Positions 47,221 to 54,854 of a stretch of DNA of 64,000 nucleotides are shown here, piece after piece (the stretch's first letter is position 1; the number at the start of each line of letters is the position of its first letter). The stretch is from contig CAMTUI010000018.1 of assembly GCA_947084985.1 (NCBI GenBank), forward strand, positions 36,868 to 100,867, read 5' to 3'. The DNA comes from Methanobacteriota archaeon. GTDB lineage: Archaea; Thermoplasmatota; Thermoplasmata; RBG-16-68-12. Below the pieces are notes generated by a model. The model saw only the letters and a list, made by a program, of their open reading frames with translations, had not been told where the DNA came from and made no database searches. Position numbers and translations under genes: made by a program.

Positions 47221-47284
47221 TTCCCCAGCGGAACGCGGAAAGACCCATCTACGCGAGCGGGGCTGTCTCCTCCGAGGGTACGAC

Positions 47285-47752
47285 ATGAAATGGGTAACGC
47301 GTGAAAAGGCGAAGGTGGACCGCATCGCATGTCCGTGGCTGATCTCCCGATTCATCGATCCACACGCGGACTTCCGGTTCGTTCCGAAGGATCAGGTCCT
47401 CGACGTCGCGAAGCGGGAGGACGCGATTCCGTTCGACGCGCCCGGCGTCGAGCTTACGCACTACCGCGAGGACGACGACGAACGCGTGAGCTTCGATGCG
47501 ATCATCCGCAAGTACGGGCTCACGGACGCGGCCCTACTGGATCTCGCGGAAATCGTCCGAACGGCGGACGCGAGCCACGTGCGCGAGCCTCGGCCCGAAG
47601 GCGCAGGCCTCGAGGCCGCGGCGTTGGGCTTTCGCCAGATCGCCCGAGACGACCATGAGAACATGCAGCTCCAGTTCCCCTTGTACGACGCCCTGTACGC
47701 GTACTGCAGGGAACGCGTGGAGCAAGGCACCCGCCTCGAGCACGCCCGGTGA
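47285..47752 (+). CDS. ChrB C-terminal-domain-like (chromate resistance family) protein
   Basis: 'MKWVTREKAKVDRIACPWLISRFIDPHADFRFVP' is the family signature as I recall it. 155 aa. It ends at TGA 47750-47752, in frame with the downstream MFS gene. Confidence 0.75.
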   Translation: MKWVTREKAKVDRIACPWLISRFIDPHADFRFVPKDQVLDVAKREDAIPFDAPGVELTHYREDDDERVSFDAIIRKYGLTDAALLDLAEIVRTADASHVREPRPEGAGLEAAALGFRQIARDDHENMQLQFPLYDALYAYCRERVEQGTRLEHAR

Positions 47753-47761
47753 GGGATCCCG

Positions 47762-48952
47762 CTGGTCTCGGCCCTCGCCATCCTGATCGCGAACCGCTCG
47801 GTCCGCACGTTCGGATACGGGTTCACGACCGTCCTGCTGGGCATCTACCTCCGATTCCTCGGAGGCGGCGAGGCAGTCGTCATCGCGTCCCTGGGCCTCT
47901 CGCTCGTCAGCGGCGCCGCGCTGAACGTCCTCGTGGGCGTGTACGGCGACCGTTTCGGCCGACGTCGGGCGATGGCGCTGTTCGGCCTCATGATGACGCT
48001 CGCGGGCACGATTCTGGCTCTGACCCCGAGCTTCCCGATCGCCCTCGTCGCGCTCGCCCTCGGAGCGACGAGTCCGACGGGCACGGAGGTCAGTCCTTTC
48101 CTGTCGATCGAGCAGTCGATCGTCGCAGAGGCTGCGAAAGCCGGTCAACGCACGCGCGCGTTCGCGGTGTACAACCTCCTCGGGACCCTCGGCGCGGCGG
48201 CGGGCGCGCTCGTGAGCAACGTGCCGACGGTCGTCTTGGGCCACGCCCCGACGGACGCGGAACCGTTGCGGCCCCTGTTCGCCCTCTATGCGATCCTCGG
48301 CGTGGTCGCCGCGATCCTGAGCCTGATGCTCCCGCCGGCCGTGGAGATCGGGGCGCGGGGACCTCGGGTACTCCTCTCGCCGCAGTCCCGCTCTCGCGTC
48401 GTCCGCATTTCCGGCTTGTTCGCAGTCGACAGCTTCGCCGGCGGGTTCGTTATCCAGAGCTTCGTGTCCCTGTGGTTCTACACGACGTACCCGGAGTCGC
48501 GGGATATCCTCGGCTTGATCTTCTTCGGGGCGGGCGTCCTGACGGCGTTCTCGTTCCTCGTCGCCGCGCGGCTTGGGGAGCGGTTCGGACTTCTCGAGAC
48601 GATGGTCTTCACGCACATCCCGTCCAACGTCCTCCTATTCCTCGTCCCAATCGTGCCCGGGTTTGGCCTCGCCCTAGCCGCCTACCTGGGCCGCATGGCC
48701 CTGTCCCAGATGGACGTGCCCACGCGGCAGGCGTATCTCGCGGGGATCGTGGCGCGGGAGGAACGGACGGCCGCGAACGCGGCGTCGAACACGGCGCGTA
48801 ACGTCGCGCAGGCAGGAGGTCCGTTCAGCGCAGGCGCGGTCGTCTCCCTCGCGGGTCTCTCCGTGCCGTTCGTCATCGGAGGGGCGCTCAAGATCGTATA
48901 CGATCTCGCGATTTACGCGACGTTCCGCCGCGTGAGACCCGAGACCGTCTAG
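47762..48952 (+). CDS. Major facilitator superfamily transporter; start codon unresolved (CTG 47762 shown)
   Basis: Track ORF 47933..48952 begins inside MFS motif A ('GVYGDRFGRRRAM'). The 60 stop-free in-frame codons upstream encode the two required TM helices but contain no ATG, GTG or TTG. Confidence 0.8.
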   Translation: MVSALAILIANRSVRTFGYGFTTVLLGIYLRFLGGGEAVVIASLGLSLVSGAALNVLVGVYGDRFGRRRAMALFGLMMTLAGTILALTPSFPIALVALALGATSPTGTEVSPFLSIEQSIVAEAAKAGQRTRAFAVYNLLGTLGAAAGALVSNVPTVVLGHAPTDAEPLRPLFALYAILGVVAAILSLMLPPAVEIGARGPRVLLSPQSRSRVVRISGLFAVDSFAGGFVIQSFVSLWFYTTYPESRDILGLIFFGAGVLTAFSFLVAARLGERFGLLETMVFTHIPSNVLLFLVPIVPGFGLALAAYLGRMALSQMDVPTRQAYLAGIVAREERTAANAASNTARNVAQAGGPFSAGAVVSLAGLSVPFVIGGALKIVYDLAIYATFRRVRPETV

Positions 48953-49336
48953 TCAATCGCCGATGTGCGCTCGATACCCTGCGGCATCCATCAAGCCGTT
49001 CGGCTCGGAGGCATCTGCCGTCTCGAGGACGACGATCCAGCCCTCCCCGTACGGGTCCTTGTTCACGATTTCCGGCCGATCTTCGAGGACCTTGTTCACC
49101 TCGACCACCGTGCCGCTGAGCGGCGCGAAAATCTCGCTGACCGCCTTCACGGACTCGACGACGCCGATGGGCTCCCCCTGTTTCACGACTTTCCCTACCC
49201 GCGGCAGCTCGACGAACACGACATCCGTCAGCTCCTGCTGCGCGTGGTCCGTGATGCCGATGCGGGCGCGCCCGCCCTCCATCTTCGCCCACTCATGGTC
49301 CTTCGTGTAGCGGAGGGCCTCCGGGATGTTGGACAA
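48953..49336 (-). CDS. gcvH: Glycine cleavage system H protein
   Basis: 'YTKDHEWA' and the lipoyl-Lys motif 'VESVKAVSEI'. 127 aa. Confidence 0.93.
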   Translation of the reverse strand: MSNIPEALRYTKDHEWAKMEGGRARIGITDHAQQELTDVVFVELPRVGKVVKQGEPIGVVESVKAVSEIFAPLSGTVVEVNKVLEDRPEIVNKDPYGEGWIVVLETADASEPNGLMDAAGYRAHIGD

Positions 49337-49391
49337 ATGGATCCCACCGGGTCGCCTCGATACGGCCGTGCGAATATGAGGGTTTCGTATC

Positions 49392-49580
49392 TCAGCGGCC
49401 CTTCCAGTTCGCGCCCCAGGCCTGGTGCACGAAGATCTCCTGCTTCCGGATGTGGTGGATGTGCCGCGCGACGATGAGCAGGATCAGGAGCGCGATACCG
49501 CCGGCCGTGAGCACGAGGTAGACGGGATTCGACATGATTGTCCAGAAGAACGTCTCGACGGCTCCCGCGGGCTCAGCCAT
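49392..49580 (-). CDS. Small single-TM protein (62 aa), hypothetical
   Basis: ATG 49580 overlaps the upstream methyltransferase stop (ATGGCTGA). TM 'VYLVLTAGGIALLILLIVA'. Confidence 0.35.
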   Translation of the reverse strand: MAEPAGAVETFFWTIMSNPVYLVLTAGGIALLILLIVARHIHHIRKQEIFVHQAWGANWKGR

Positions 49581-50214
49581 GTTTGGTCGCCAGGGCAAAC
49601 CAGTTCCCGGAGCTGTGGAAAAACCTTTCTCCGTGAAGCCCGGATTCGATAATTGTTTCTTCGAGCTCGCCGCTCCGGTACAGATGGTAGTAGCGCCCGA
49701 TTGTCGATCCATCTGGCAGGGTCCAAGGAATTTCCGCGTCGCCGTGGTCGTCGAGGACCAGCCCCAGGAAACGCGGCTGCTCTCGGTCCCAGACGCTCAC
49801 AATGACGCGTCCATCGCGACGCAGGACACGGCCGATTTCCCGGAGCGCCGCGATTCGATCGCCTTGCGTCGGCAGGTGATGCAGCACCGCGATGCACGTT
49901 GCCGCGTCGAGCGTCTCATCGCGAAACGGTAGTCGTCCGGCCTCGGCCTCAATCCAGGACGCGTCTGCCGAGGCGATTTCCGCGCGGCCGATTGCGAGCA
50001 GTCGGCGGCAGAAGTCAAGACCGACGGCGCGATGGCCACGCATGATCAAGGCCTTCACGTGTCGCCCGTTCCCGCAACCGATGTCGAGGACGCGAGACGC
50101 ACGGGGCAGACCGTCGATGAATTCGAGGACTTCGGCCCAGGCATCGACCCGGGTGGGGGCAAACGAATCCGCGATCCGTTCGTAGATCGCGCGGACGTCC
50201 GCCTTCGTCCTCAT
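49573..50214 (-). CDS. Class I SAM-dependent methyltransferase (Trm9/ALKBH8-like pattern)
   Basis: 'VLDIGCGNGRH', 'AVLHHLPT', 'VIVSVWDREQ' and 'YYHLYRSGELE'. 213 aa. Confidence 0.75.
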   Translation of the reverse strand: MRTKADVRAIYERIADSFAPTRVDAWAEVLEFIDGLPRASRVLDIGCGNGRHVKALIMRGHRAVGLDFCRRLLAIGRAEIASADASWIEAEAGRLPFRDETLDAATCIAVLHHLPTQGDRIAALREIGRVLRRDGRVIVSVWDREQPRFLGLVLDDHGDAEIPWTLPDGSTIGRYYHLYRSGELEETIIESGLHGERFFHSSGNWFALATKHG

Positions 50215-50247
50215 CGGGTCGGAAAGGCGGACAGGACCGGATAACCT

Positions 50248-51444
50248 TCACGCCTCGAGGGAGGCGCGTTCCGTGTCTTGGAGCGTCCGCGTGCGGATCG
50301 CATCCAGGCTCGGCAAGGAAGACGCGATCCGGCCGCGGTCGAGGTAGCGCTCAAAGGCCGCCGCCATCTTCGCTCCGCAGACGGGGCATGCTTTCGCACC
50401 GATCTCGTAGATGCCGTCCTTCGGACAGCGACGGAGGTCCTTCCGCCCACTGAACTTCCCCCGCTTCGCCGCGGGTCGGCCTTCCACCTCGACGAGGTCC
50501 ATCGCGAAGTCGATCGTCGGCGCGTTGCTCAGGCTCGTCCCCACGCCGAACCCGTCGGCGCCCGCTTCGAGCAGCTGTGGGATCGATTTTTCGTCGATGG
50601 ATCCGGACACGAAGATCTTCACGCGGTTGAACCCACGCAGGTCGAGTTCCCAGCGGACCTCGCGCACGATCGTCGCGAAGTTGCCCCGCCGGGACGCCGG
50701 CGTGTCGAGTCTCACGCCCATCAGGTCCGGGATCGTCTCGACGGCGATCAGCGCCTCCGTCTTCTCGTCGTAGTAGGTGTCCACGAGCGCGATTCGCGGG
50801 ATCTTCGCCTCGAGGAACTTGTGGACGGCGGCGAAAGCCTCGCGCGGTCCGCCCATCACGATCACGAGGGCATGGGGCATCGTGCCCATCGCCGGCGCGC
50901 CCAGGATATCCGCCCCGAGCGGGGTCGTGATCGCGTCGAGCCCGCCGACGTACACGGACCGCTCGATGAGCGGCGCGATGCCGGGATGCATCCGGCGCAC
51001 GCCGAAGGAGAGGACCTGCTTTCCGTTCGCGAGCTTCCGGATGCGAGCGGCCTTCGTCGCGATGCCGCTCGCCTGGCAGATCATCCCGAGGAGGGGCGTC
51101 TCGTACATCGCCCATTCGCCGTACGGGCCCTCGAGGACGATGACAGGGACCGGGATGCCCCGCGGCGTCTTCGGCGGGAAGAGGCTGCCTTCCGGGAGGG
51201 CCCACAGACTGACGTCCTTCCCTTGGAGAAGATGCACGACCTCCTCGAGGCCGCAGAAGATCCCCCATGGCCATCCGTTCGGCAGGCCGCCCGTGGTCGC
51301 TTCCGCCACGACGGGCGTGCGGTCCTTACCCGCCTTCCTGAGGACCTCCAAGGTCCGGAGGAAGTACACGTCGGTCGTCCGTCCGGAGCGAATTTCGTCC
51401 TCCGTGGCGACGTAGAAATCTCGACCGGACGCGGACTTTGGCAT
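50248..51444 (-). CDS. pncB: Nicotinate phosphoribosyltransferase (archaeal type with C-terminal zinc ribbon)
   Basis: 'TDVYFLRT', 'GTMPHALV' and 'VRLDTPASRRG', plus 'CPKDG...CPVCG'. 398 aa. Confidence 0.85.
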   Translation of the reverse strand: MPKSASGRDFYVATEDEIRSGRTTDVYFLRTLEVLRKAGKDRTPVVAEATTGGLPNGWPWGIFCGLEEVVHLLQGKDVSLWALPEGSLFPPKTPRGIPVPVIVLEGPYGEWAMYETPLLGMICQASGIATKAARIRKLANGKQVLSFGVRRMHPGIAPLIERSVYVGGLDAITTPLGADILGAPAMGTMPHALVIVMGGPREAFAAVHKFLEAKIPRIALVDTYYDEKTEALIAVETIPDLMGVRLDTPASRRGNFATIVREVRWELDLRGFNRVKIFVSGSIDEKSIPQLLEAGADGFGVGTSLSNAPTIDFAMDLVEVEGRPAAKRGKFSGRKDLRRCPKDGIYEIGAKACPVCGAKMAAAFERYLDRGRIASSLPSLDAIRTRTLQDTERASLEA

Positions 51445-51504
51445 CGTCCCGCGGCGGCTACCTACTCTCCGTATTAGAGCTTTTGCTCGCGGTCCTGCGC
51501 GTCG

Positions 51505-52569
51505 TCAACGGGAGTGCGCCGACGCCTTCGCGAACGCGACGTACATCTCCGCGACGCGAACTGTCTCGGACAAGGATACGCGCTCGTCCGGTACGTGGAT
51601 ACGGTCCGGTTCCCCGGGGCCGAAGACCACGCACCGCGGATTGTGTTGCGCGTAGTACGCCATCTCCGTGCCATACGTCACACCGACGACCTCCGAGCCC
51701 GCGAGATCCCGCAACAGGGCGACGTGGTCCGCGTCCTCCGGCACGGAGGCCGCCGGCACTTCGTGGAACAGCTCGAGGTCGACCGCCTCGCCGGAAGCCG
51801 CAAAGGCGTCGCGAAGTAACGCCTCGACGTCCGCCTTCGTCGTCCCGGGTGGGTGGCGGCAATCGAGGTCGATCGCACACGTGTCCGCGACGAGGTTCGG
51901 TTTCGTGCCGCCGCGGATCGCGCCCAGGCTCACGGTGATCTCGCGGAGCGCGTCCTTCGGCTGCGAGTAGGGTTCGAGGTGGTGCAGCACGCGCACCATG
52001 CGGTACACGGCGTTGTCCCCGAGGTGAGGCAGGCTGCCATGGGCGCTGCGACCCCGCGTCGTGGCGTGGAACCAGAGGACGCCCTTCTCCCTCGCGACCA
52101 CCCGGAGGTGCGTCGGCTCCCCGACGATCACGGCGGATGCCGTGCGGACGAGGTCCGAGGGAGCGAGCTTCACGGCACCGTGCATTGTCGTCTCCTCGTC
52201 CGTGGTGAACAGGAGGGAGAACGGCACGCCAGCGTCGAGGAGCTTCGGGGAGGCGGCGAGGGCCGCGACGCATCCTGCCTTCATGTCCGCCGTGCCCCTG
52301 CCGTAGAGGACGTCACCGTCCCAGGAGCCCTGGTCCCGCGTCCAGCCAGAGGCCACAGGGACCGTGTCAAGATGGCCGTTGAACAGGACGCCGCCGCGTC
52401 CGTTCGACGCCGTCACCGCCTTCACGTCTTCGTAAACGACGGGCCGAAGGCCCAGCTCCTCGATCGCCGCCGTCGCGGCGCGCAGGATGTCCTGCATGTC
52501 CGTATCCGGCGTCGACGGGATCCGCACGAAGTCCGTGAGCGTCTTGCGGACGTACTCCGTGGCGTTCAT
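51505..52569 (-). CDS. M20-family metallopeptidase/deacylase (ArgE/DapE/LysK type)
   Basis: 'LFNGHLDTVP', 'GRGTADMKAG' and 'TTDEET'. 354 aa. Confidence 0.85.
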   Translation of the reverse strand: MNATEYVRKTLTDFVRIPSTPDTDMQDILRAATAAIEELGLRPVVYEDVKAVTASNGRGGVLFNGHLDTVPVASGWTRDQGSWDGDVLYGRGTADMKAGCVAALAASPKLLDAGVPFSLLFTTDEETTMHGAVKLAPSDLVRTASAVIVGEPTHLRVVAREKGVLWFHATTRGRSAHGSLPHLGDNAVYRMVRVLHHLEPYSQPKDALREITVSLGAIRGGTKPNLVADTCAIDLDCRHPPGTTKADVEALLRDAFAASGEAVDLELFHEVPAASVPEDADHVALLRDLAGSEVVGVTYGTEMAYYAQHNPRCVVFGPGEPDRIHVPDERVSLSETVRVAEMYVAFAKASAHSR

Positions 52570-53147
52570 ATCTGCCTCCGGTCGAGCTCGTTATGCACAA
52601 TCGCAATCGCGTGATCCGTGTGCAATGGCGTGGGCCCCAGACCGACGACGATCGCCCCCCGCTCCAAGAGCGCATGCTCCTCCTCGGGCGACAGGTCCTG
52701 GTTGTCCGAGAGGACGAAGGTCGCGTCCGCCGGAAGGCCGGTGCCCCGGATATCCTTGCCGCCCTCGCGGACGTACACGAACGCGGGACCGAGCCGGTCC
52801 AACGCTTCCTCGAACGTCGCCTTCGATGCGAAGACGCCGGGCGAGACCTCGCGTTCCACGCGCGACGTGTGCGCAAGGGCGGCGCGGACGAGCGCCGCAT
52901 TACTGCGGATGTCCGGCTGGTAGGACCGGAGGCGGAAGCCCTGGAGTCGTACGAGCCGCGGCCGGTCTGGAGGTCCGAGGAGGAGGAGCCCCGTCTCGAC
53001 GTCGCGGCGGATGTCGTGAGCGACCAGGAGAGCCGCGTTCGCCGCGTTCAGCAGGATGTCAAGCCGGCCCGCCCCACCCGCAAGGTCGTCCAACGGGAAC
53101 GCGGAATCCGTAGTGGCCCGATGACCCACGATGAGGAAGCGCCGCAC
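52566..53147 (-). CDS. trmY: tRNA (pseudouridine54-N1)-methyltransferase TrmY (SPOUT, DUF358)
   Basis: GTG start. 'MRRFLIVGHRATTDSAFPLDDLAGGAGRLDILLN'. 193 aa. The stop overlaps the next gene by 4 nt. Confidence 0.85.
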   Translation of the reverse strand: MRRFLIVGHRATTDSAFPLDDLAGGAGRLDILLNAANAALLVAHDIRRDVETGLLLLGPPDRPRLVRLQGFRLRSYQPDIRSNAALVRAALAHTSRVEREVSPGVFASKATFEEALDRLGPAFVYVREGGKDIRGTGLPADATFVLSDNQDLSPEEEHALLERGAIVVGLGPTPLHTDHAIAIVHNELDRRQI

Positions 53148-53168
53148 GTCGGCCCGAATGTCCGGCGC

Positions 53169-53178
53169 CGCTTAAGGG
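53169..53178 (-). promoter_or_regulatory. CCCTTAAGCG TATA-like box 27 nt upstream of the trmY GTG (leaderless)
   Basis: The plus strand reads cgcttaaggg. The spacing to 53147 fits TATA-to-TSS distance. Confidence 0.45.
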
Positions 53179-53223
53179 TTCGGAGCCGCCGCGCCGATAT
53201 ATATCATGTATGATAGATGAATG

Positions 53224-54303
53224 TCAGGCCTCAAAGGACTCGATACTCCGCGAGGCGCGTTCAATCGTGTGCCGGTGGAACGGCACAAGCGGGAGGCGGA
53301 GGGCCTCGTGGCGGGATACCCAGCGGACCGCCTCCGAGGTCTCGGGCGGCCGGTCGACGACGCAGCGGTAGATCGCGCCGGACCACCTACGGTGGGAGAA
53401 CGTGTGCTCGACTCGGTCCACGGGCGCCCCGACGCGCACCTCGACCCCGGCCTGCGACCGGATTGCGCGCCGCAATGCGCTGCGGTCATCAGTCCCGCGC
53501 GGTCGTTCGCCCCCCGGGAGAGCCCAGAGCCCCCCGAGGAGACCGCGCTCGGGGCGGCGCACAAGGAGGAGCCGACCGTCGCCCTCGACGAGCCCGAAGA
53601 CGACGGGGACGAGCGGCGATCGACGGGTTCTCTGCCGTGGAGGCAATTGCTCCTGGATCCCCTCCGCGCGTGCGACGCATGTCTTTTCGAGGGGACACAC
53701 GGGACAATCCGGGGACCTCGGCGTGCAAATCGTGGCCCCGAGTTCCATGAGCGCCTGATTGAAGTCCCCGGGGCGGTCCGACGGGATGAGCTCCGTCGCG
53801 AGCTCGACGAGCTGTCGTTTCCCGCGAGTTGATGCGACATCCGAGATCCGGAACAGACGGGACAGGACGCGCGTCACGTTTCCGTCGACCGCGGCGGCGG
53901 GAATTCCGAACGCGATGCTCCCCACGGCTCCCGCCGTGTACGGTCCGACCCCGGGCAGGGCCTCGAGGGCCTCGAGATCCCTCGGGACGTCGCCACCGTG
54001 TCGCTCGACGATCGCCTTCGCGGCCGCGTGGAGATTCCGCGCACGGCCATAGAACCCGAGGCCTTCCCACGCACCGAGGACCGACTCCAGGGACGCCGCC
54101 GCAAGATCGCGCACGGTCGGGAACCGCTCGAGGAATCGCTCGTAGTACGGCGTGCCGGACGCCACGCGGGTTCGCTGCAAGAGGACTTCCGCGACGAGGA
54201 TTCGGTACGGATCGCGCGTCCGCCGCCAAGGGAGATCGCGGCGATGATCGTCGAACCACTGGAGAAGTCGGCTGCGGACTTCCGGAACGGACGGATCCTT
54301 CAC
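53224..54303 (-). CDS. mutY: A/G-specific adenine DNA glycosylase MutY (HhH-GPD + 4Fe-4S + NUDIX-like C-terminal domain)
   Basis: GTG 54303. 'DPYRILVAEVLLQRT', 'LPGVGPYTAGAV', 'CTPRSPDCPVCPLEKTC' and a C-terminal 'LLLVRRPERGLLGGLWALPGGE'. 359 aa. The upstream 170 aa of the track ORF are Arg/Pro-rich junk. Confidence 0.88.
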   Translation of the reverse strand: MKDPSVPEVRSRLLQWFDDHRRDLPWRRTRDPYRILVAEVLLQRTRVASGTPYYERFLERFPTVRDLAAASLESVLGAWEGLGFYGRARNLHAAAKAIVERHGGDVPRDLEALEALPGVGPYTAGAVGSIAFGIPAAAVDGNVTRVLSRLFRISDVASTRGKRQLVELATELIPSDRPGDFNQALMELGATICTPRSPDCPVCPLEKTCVARAEGIQEQLPPRQRTRRSPLVPVVFGLVEGDGRLLLVRRPERGLLGGLWALPGGERPRGTDDRSALRRAIRSQAGVEVRVGAPVDRVEHTFSHRRWSGAIYRCVVDRPPETSEAVRWVSRHEALRLPLVPFHRHTIERASRSIESFEA

Positions 54304-54323
54304 GGCCGCTCGATGTCCGGCGG

Positions 54324-54335
54324 AATACTTAATTT
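54324..54335 (-). promoter_or_regulatory. TATA-like box (AAATTAAGTATT on the minus strand) about 27 nt upstream of the mutY GTG
   Basis: AT-rich dodecamer at canonical distance, implying a leaderless transcript. Confidence 0.45.
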
Positions 54336-54378
54336 CAGGGGACCGAGGCCGTCGTGGCGGGTACGGCCTGGCCGTCAA

Positions 54379-54400
54379 GTTAACCTTGTTTAAGGTTAAC
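54379..54400. promoter_or_regulatory. Perfect 9-bp inverted repeat GTTAACCTT-GTTT-AAGGTTAAC between the mutY and mutT-like promoters
   Basis: Read directly from the sequence. Arms are at 54379-54387 and 54392-54400. It is AT-rich in a GC-rich genome and lies between the two putative TATA boxes. Confidence 0.6.
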
Positions 54401-54410
54401 CGGCTCGCAG

Positions 54411-54420
54411 CCCTTAAGGG
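54411..54420 (+). promoter_or_regulatory. Palindromic TATA-like box CCCTTAAGGG 28 nt upstream of the mutT-like GTG (leaderless)
   Basis: Spacing to GTG 54444. It has the same CTTAAG core as other putative promoters in the window. Confidence 0.45.
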
Positions 54421-54443
54421 TCGCAGATGGGCTCTCGCCTCCC

Positions 54444-54854
54444 GTGGACGTCCCGCGTCTCGTCGCGGTGGCCCTTCTGGCCTCGGGGGACCGAATCCTC
54501 CTTCTCCGTCGGCCAGACGACGGACCTCTTCCCGGACAATGGGAATTCCCCGGAGGCAAGGTAGAGTTCGGGGAACATCCGTGGGACGCGCTTCGGCGGG
54601 AGTTGCGGGAGGAACTCGCGTTGCGTGTCGCACGAGGTGCGCTCTTCGGGATTTACTCCCACGTGTACGACTTGCCGGGCCAGCGGGTCCATTACGTCCT
54701 CGTGGCATATCACTGTCCAATCCGCCGGGACCGCGTGCGGGAGACCGCGAATCGTACATGGGCCGCCGTGAGAGACCTCGGCCGCTGGCCGATCGTCCTC
54801 GGCTCTCGCCCAATCCTCGCGGATCTCCAACGGCGGCGAGGTCGCGTCACTTGA
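54444..54854 (+). CDS. NUDIX hydrolase, MutT-like (8-oxo-dGTP / (d)CTP pyrophosphohydrolase type)
   Basis: 'GQWEFPGGKVEFGEHPWDALRRELREELAL' NUDIX box in the MutT-type context. 136 aa. Confidence 0.8.
   Translation: MDVPRLVAVALLASGDRILLLRRPDDGPLPGQWEFPGGKVEFGEHPWDALRRELREELALRVARGALFGIYSHVYDLPGQRVHYVLVAYHCPIRRDRVRETANRTWAAVRDLGRWPIVLGSRPILADLQRRRGRVT

Noticed and set aside
47015-47284. tRNA-Arg as the attachment site of an integrated element.
   Set aside because: I noticed no integrase and no duplicated copy of the tRNA 3' half elsewhere in the window. Flanking genes are ordinary metabolic genes.
47750-47752. Interpreting the in-frame TGA as selenocysteine.
   Set aside because: The position is a domain linker, not a redox active site. 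I recognised no SECIS-like element with confidence, since any GC-rich 3' region folds. No Sec machinery is visible in this window. It is kept only as one untested alternative under the read-through option.
47749-48801. GTG 47749 overlapping the ChrB-like stop (GTGA) as the start of the downstream gene.
   Set aside because: That frame translates to an Arg/Pro/Gly-rich 350-aa string with no TM helices. The MFS is clearly in the other frame, the same frame as the ChrB-like ORF.
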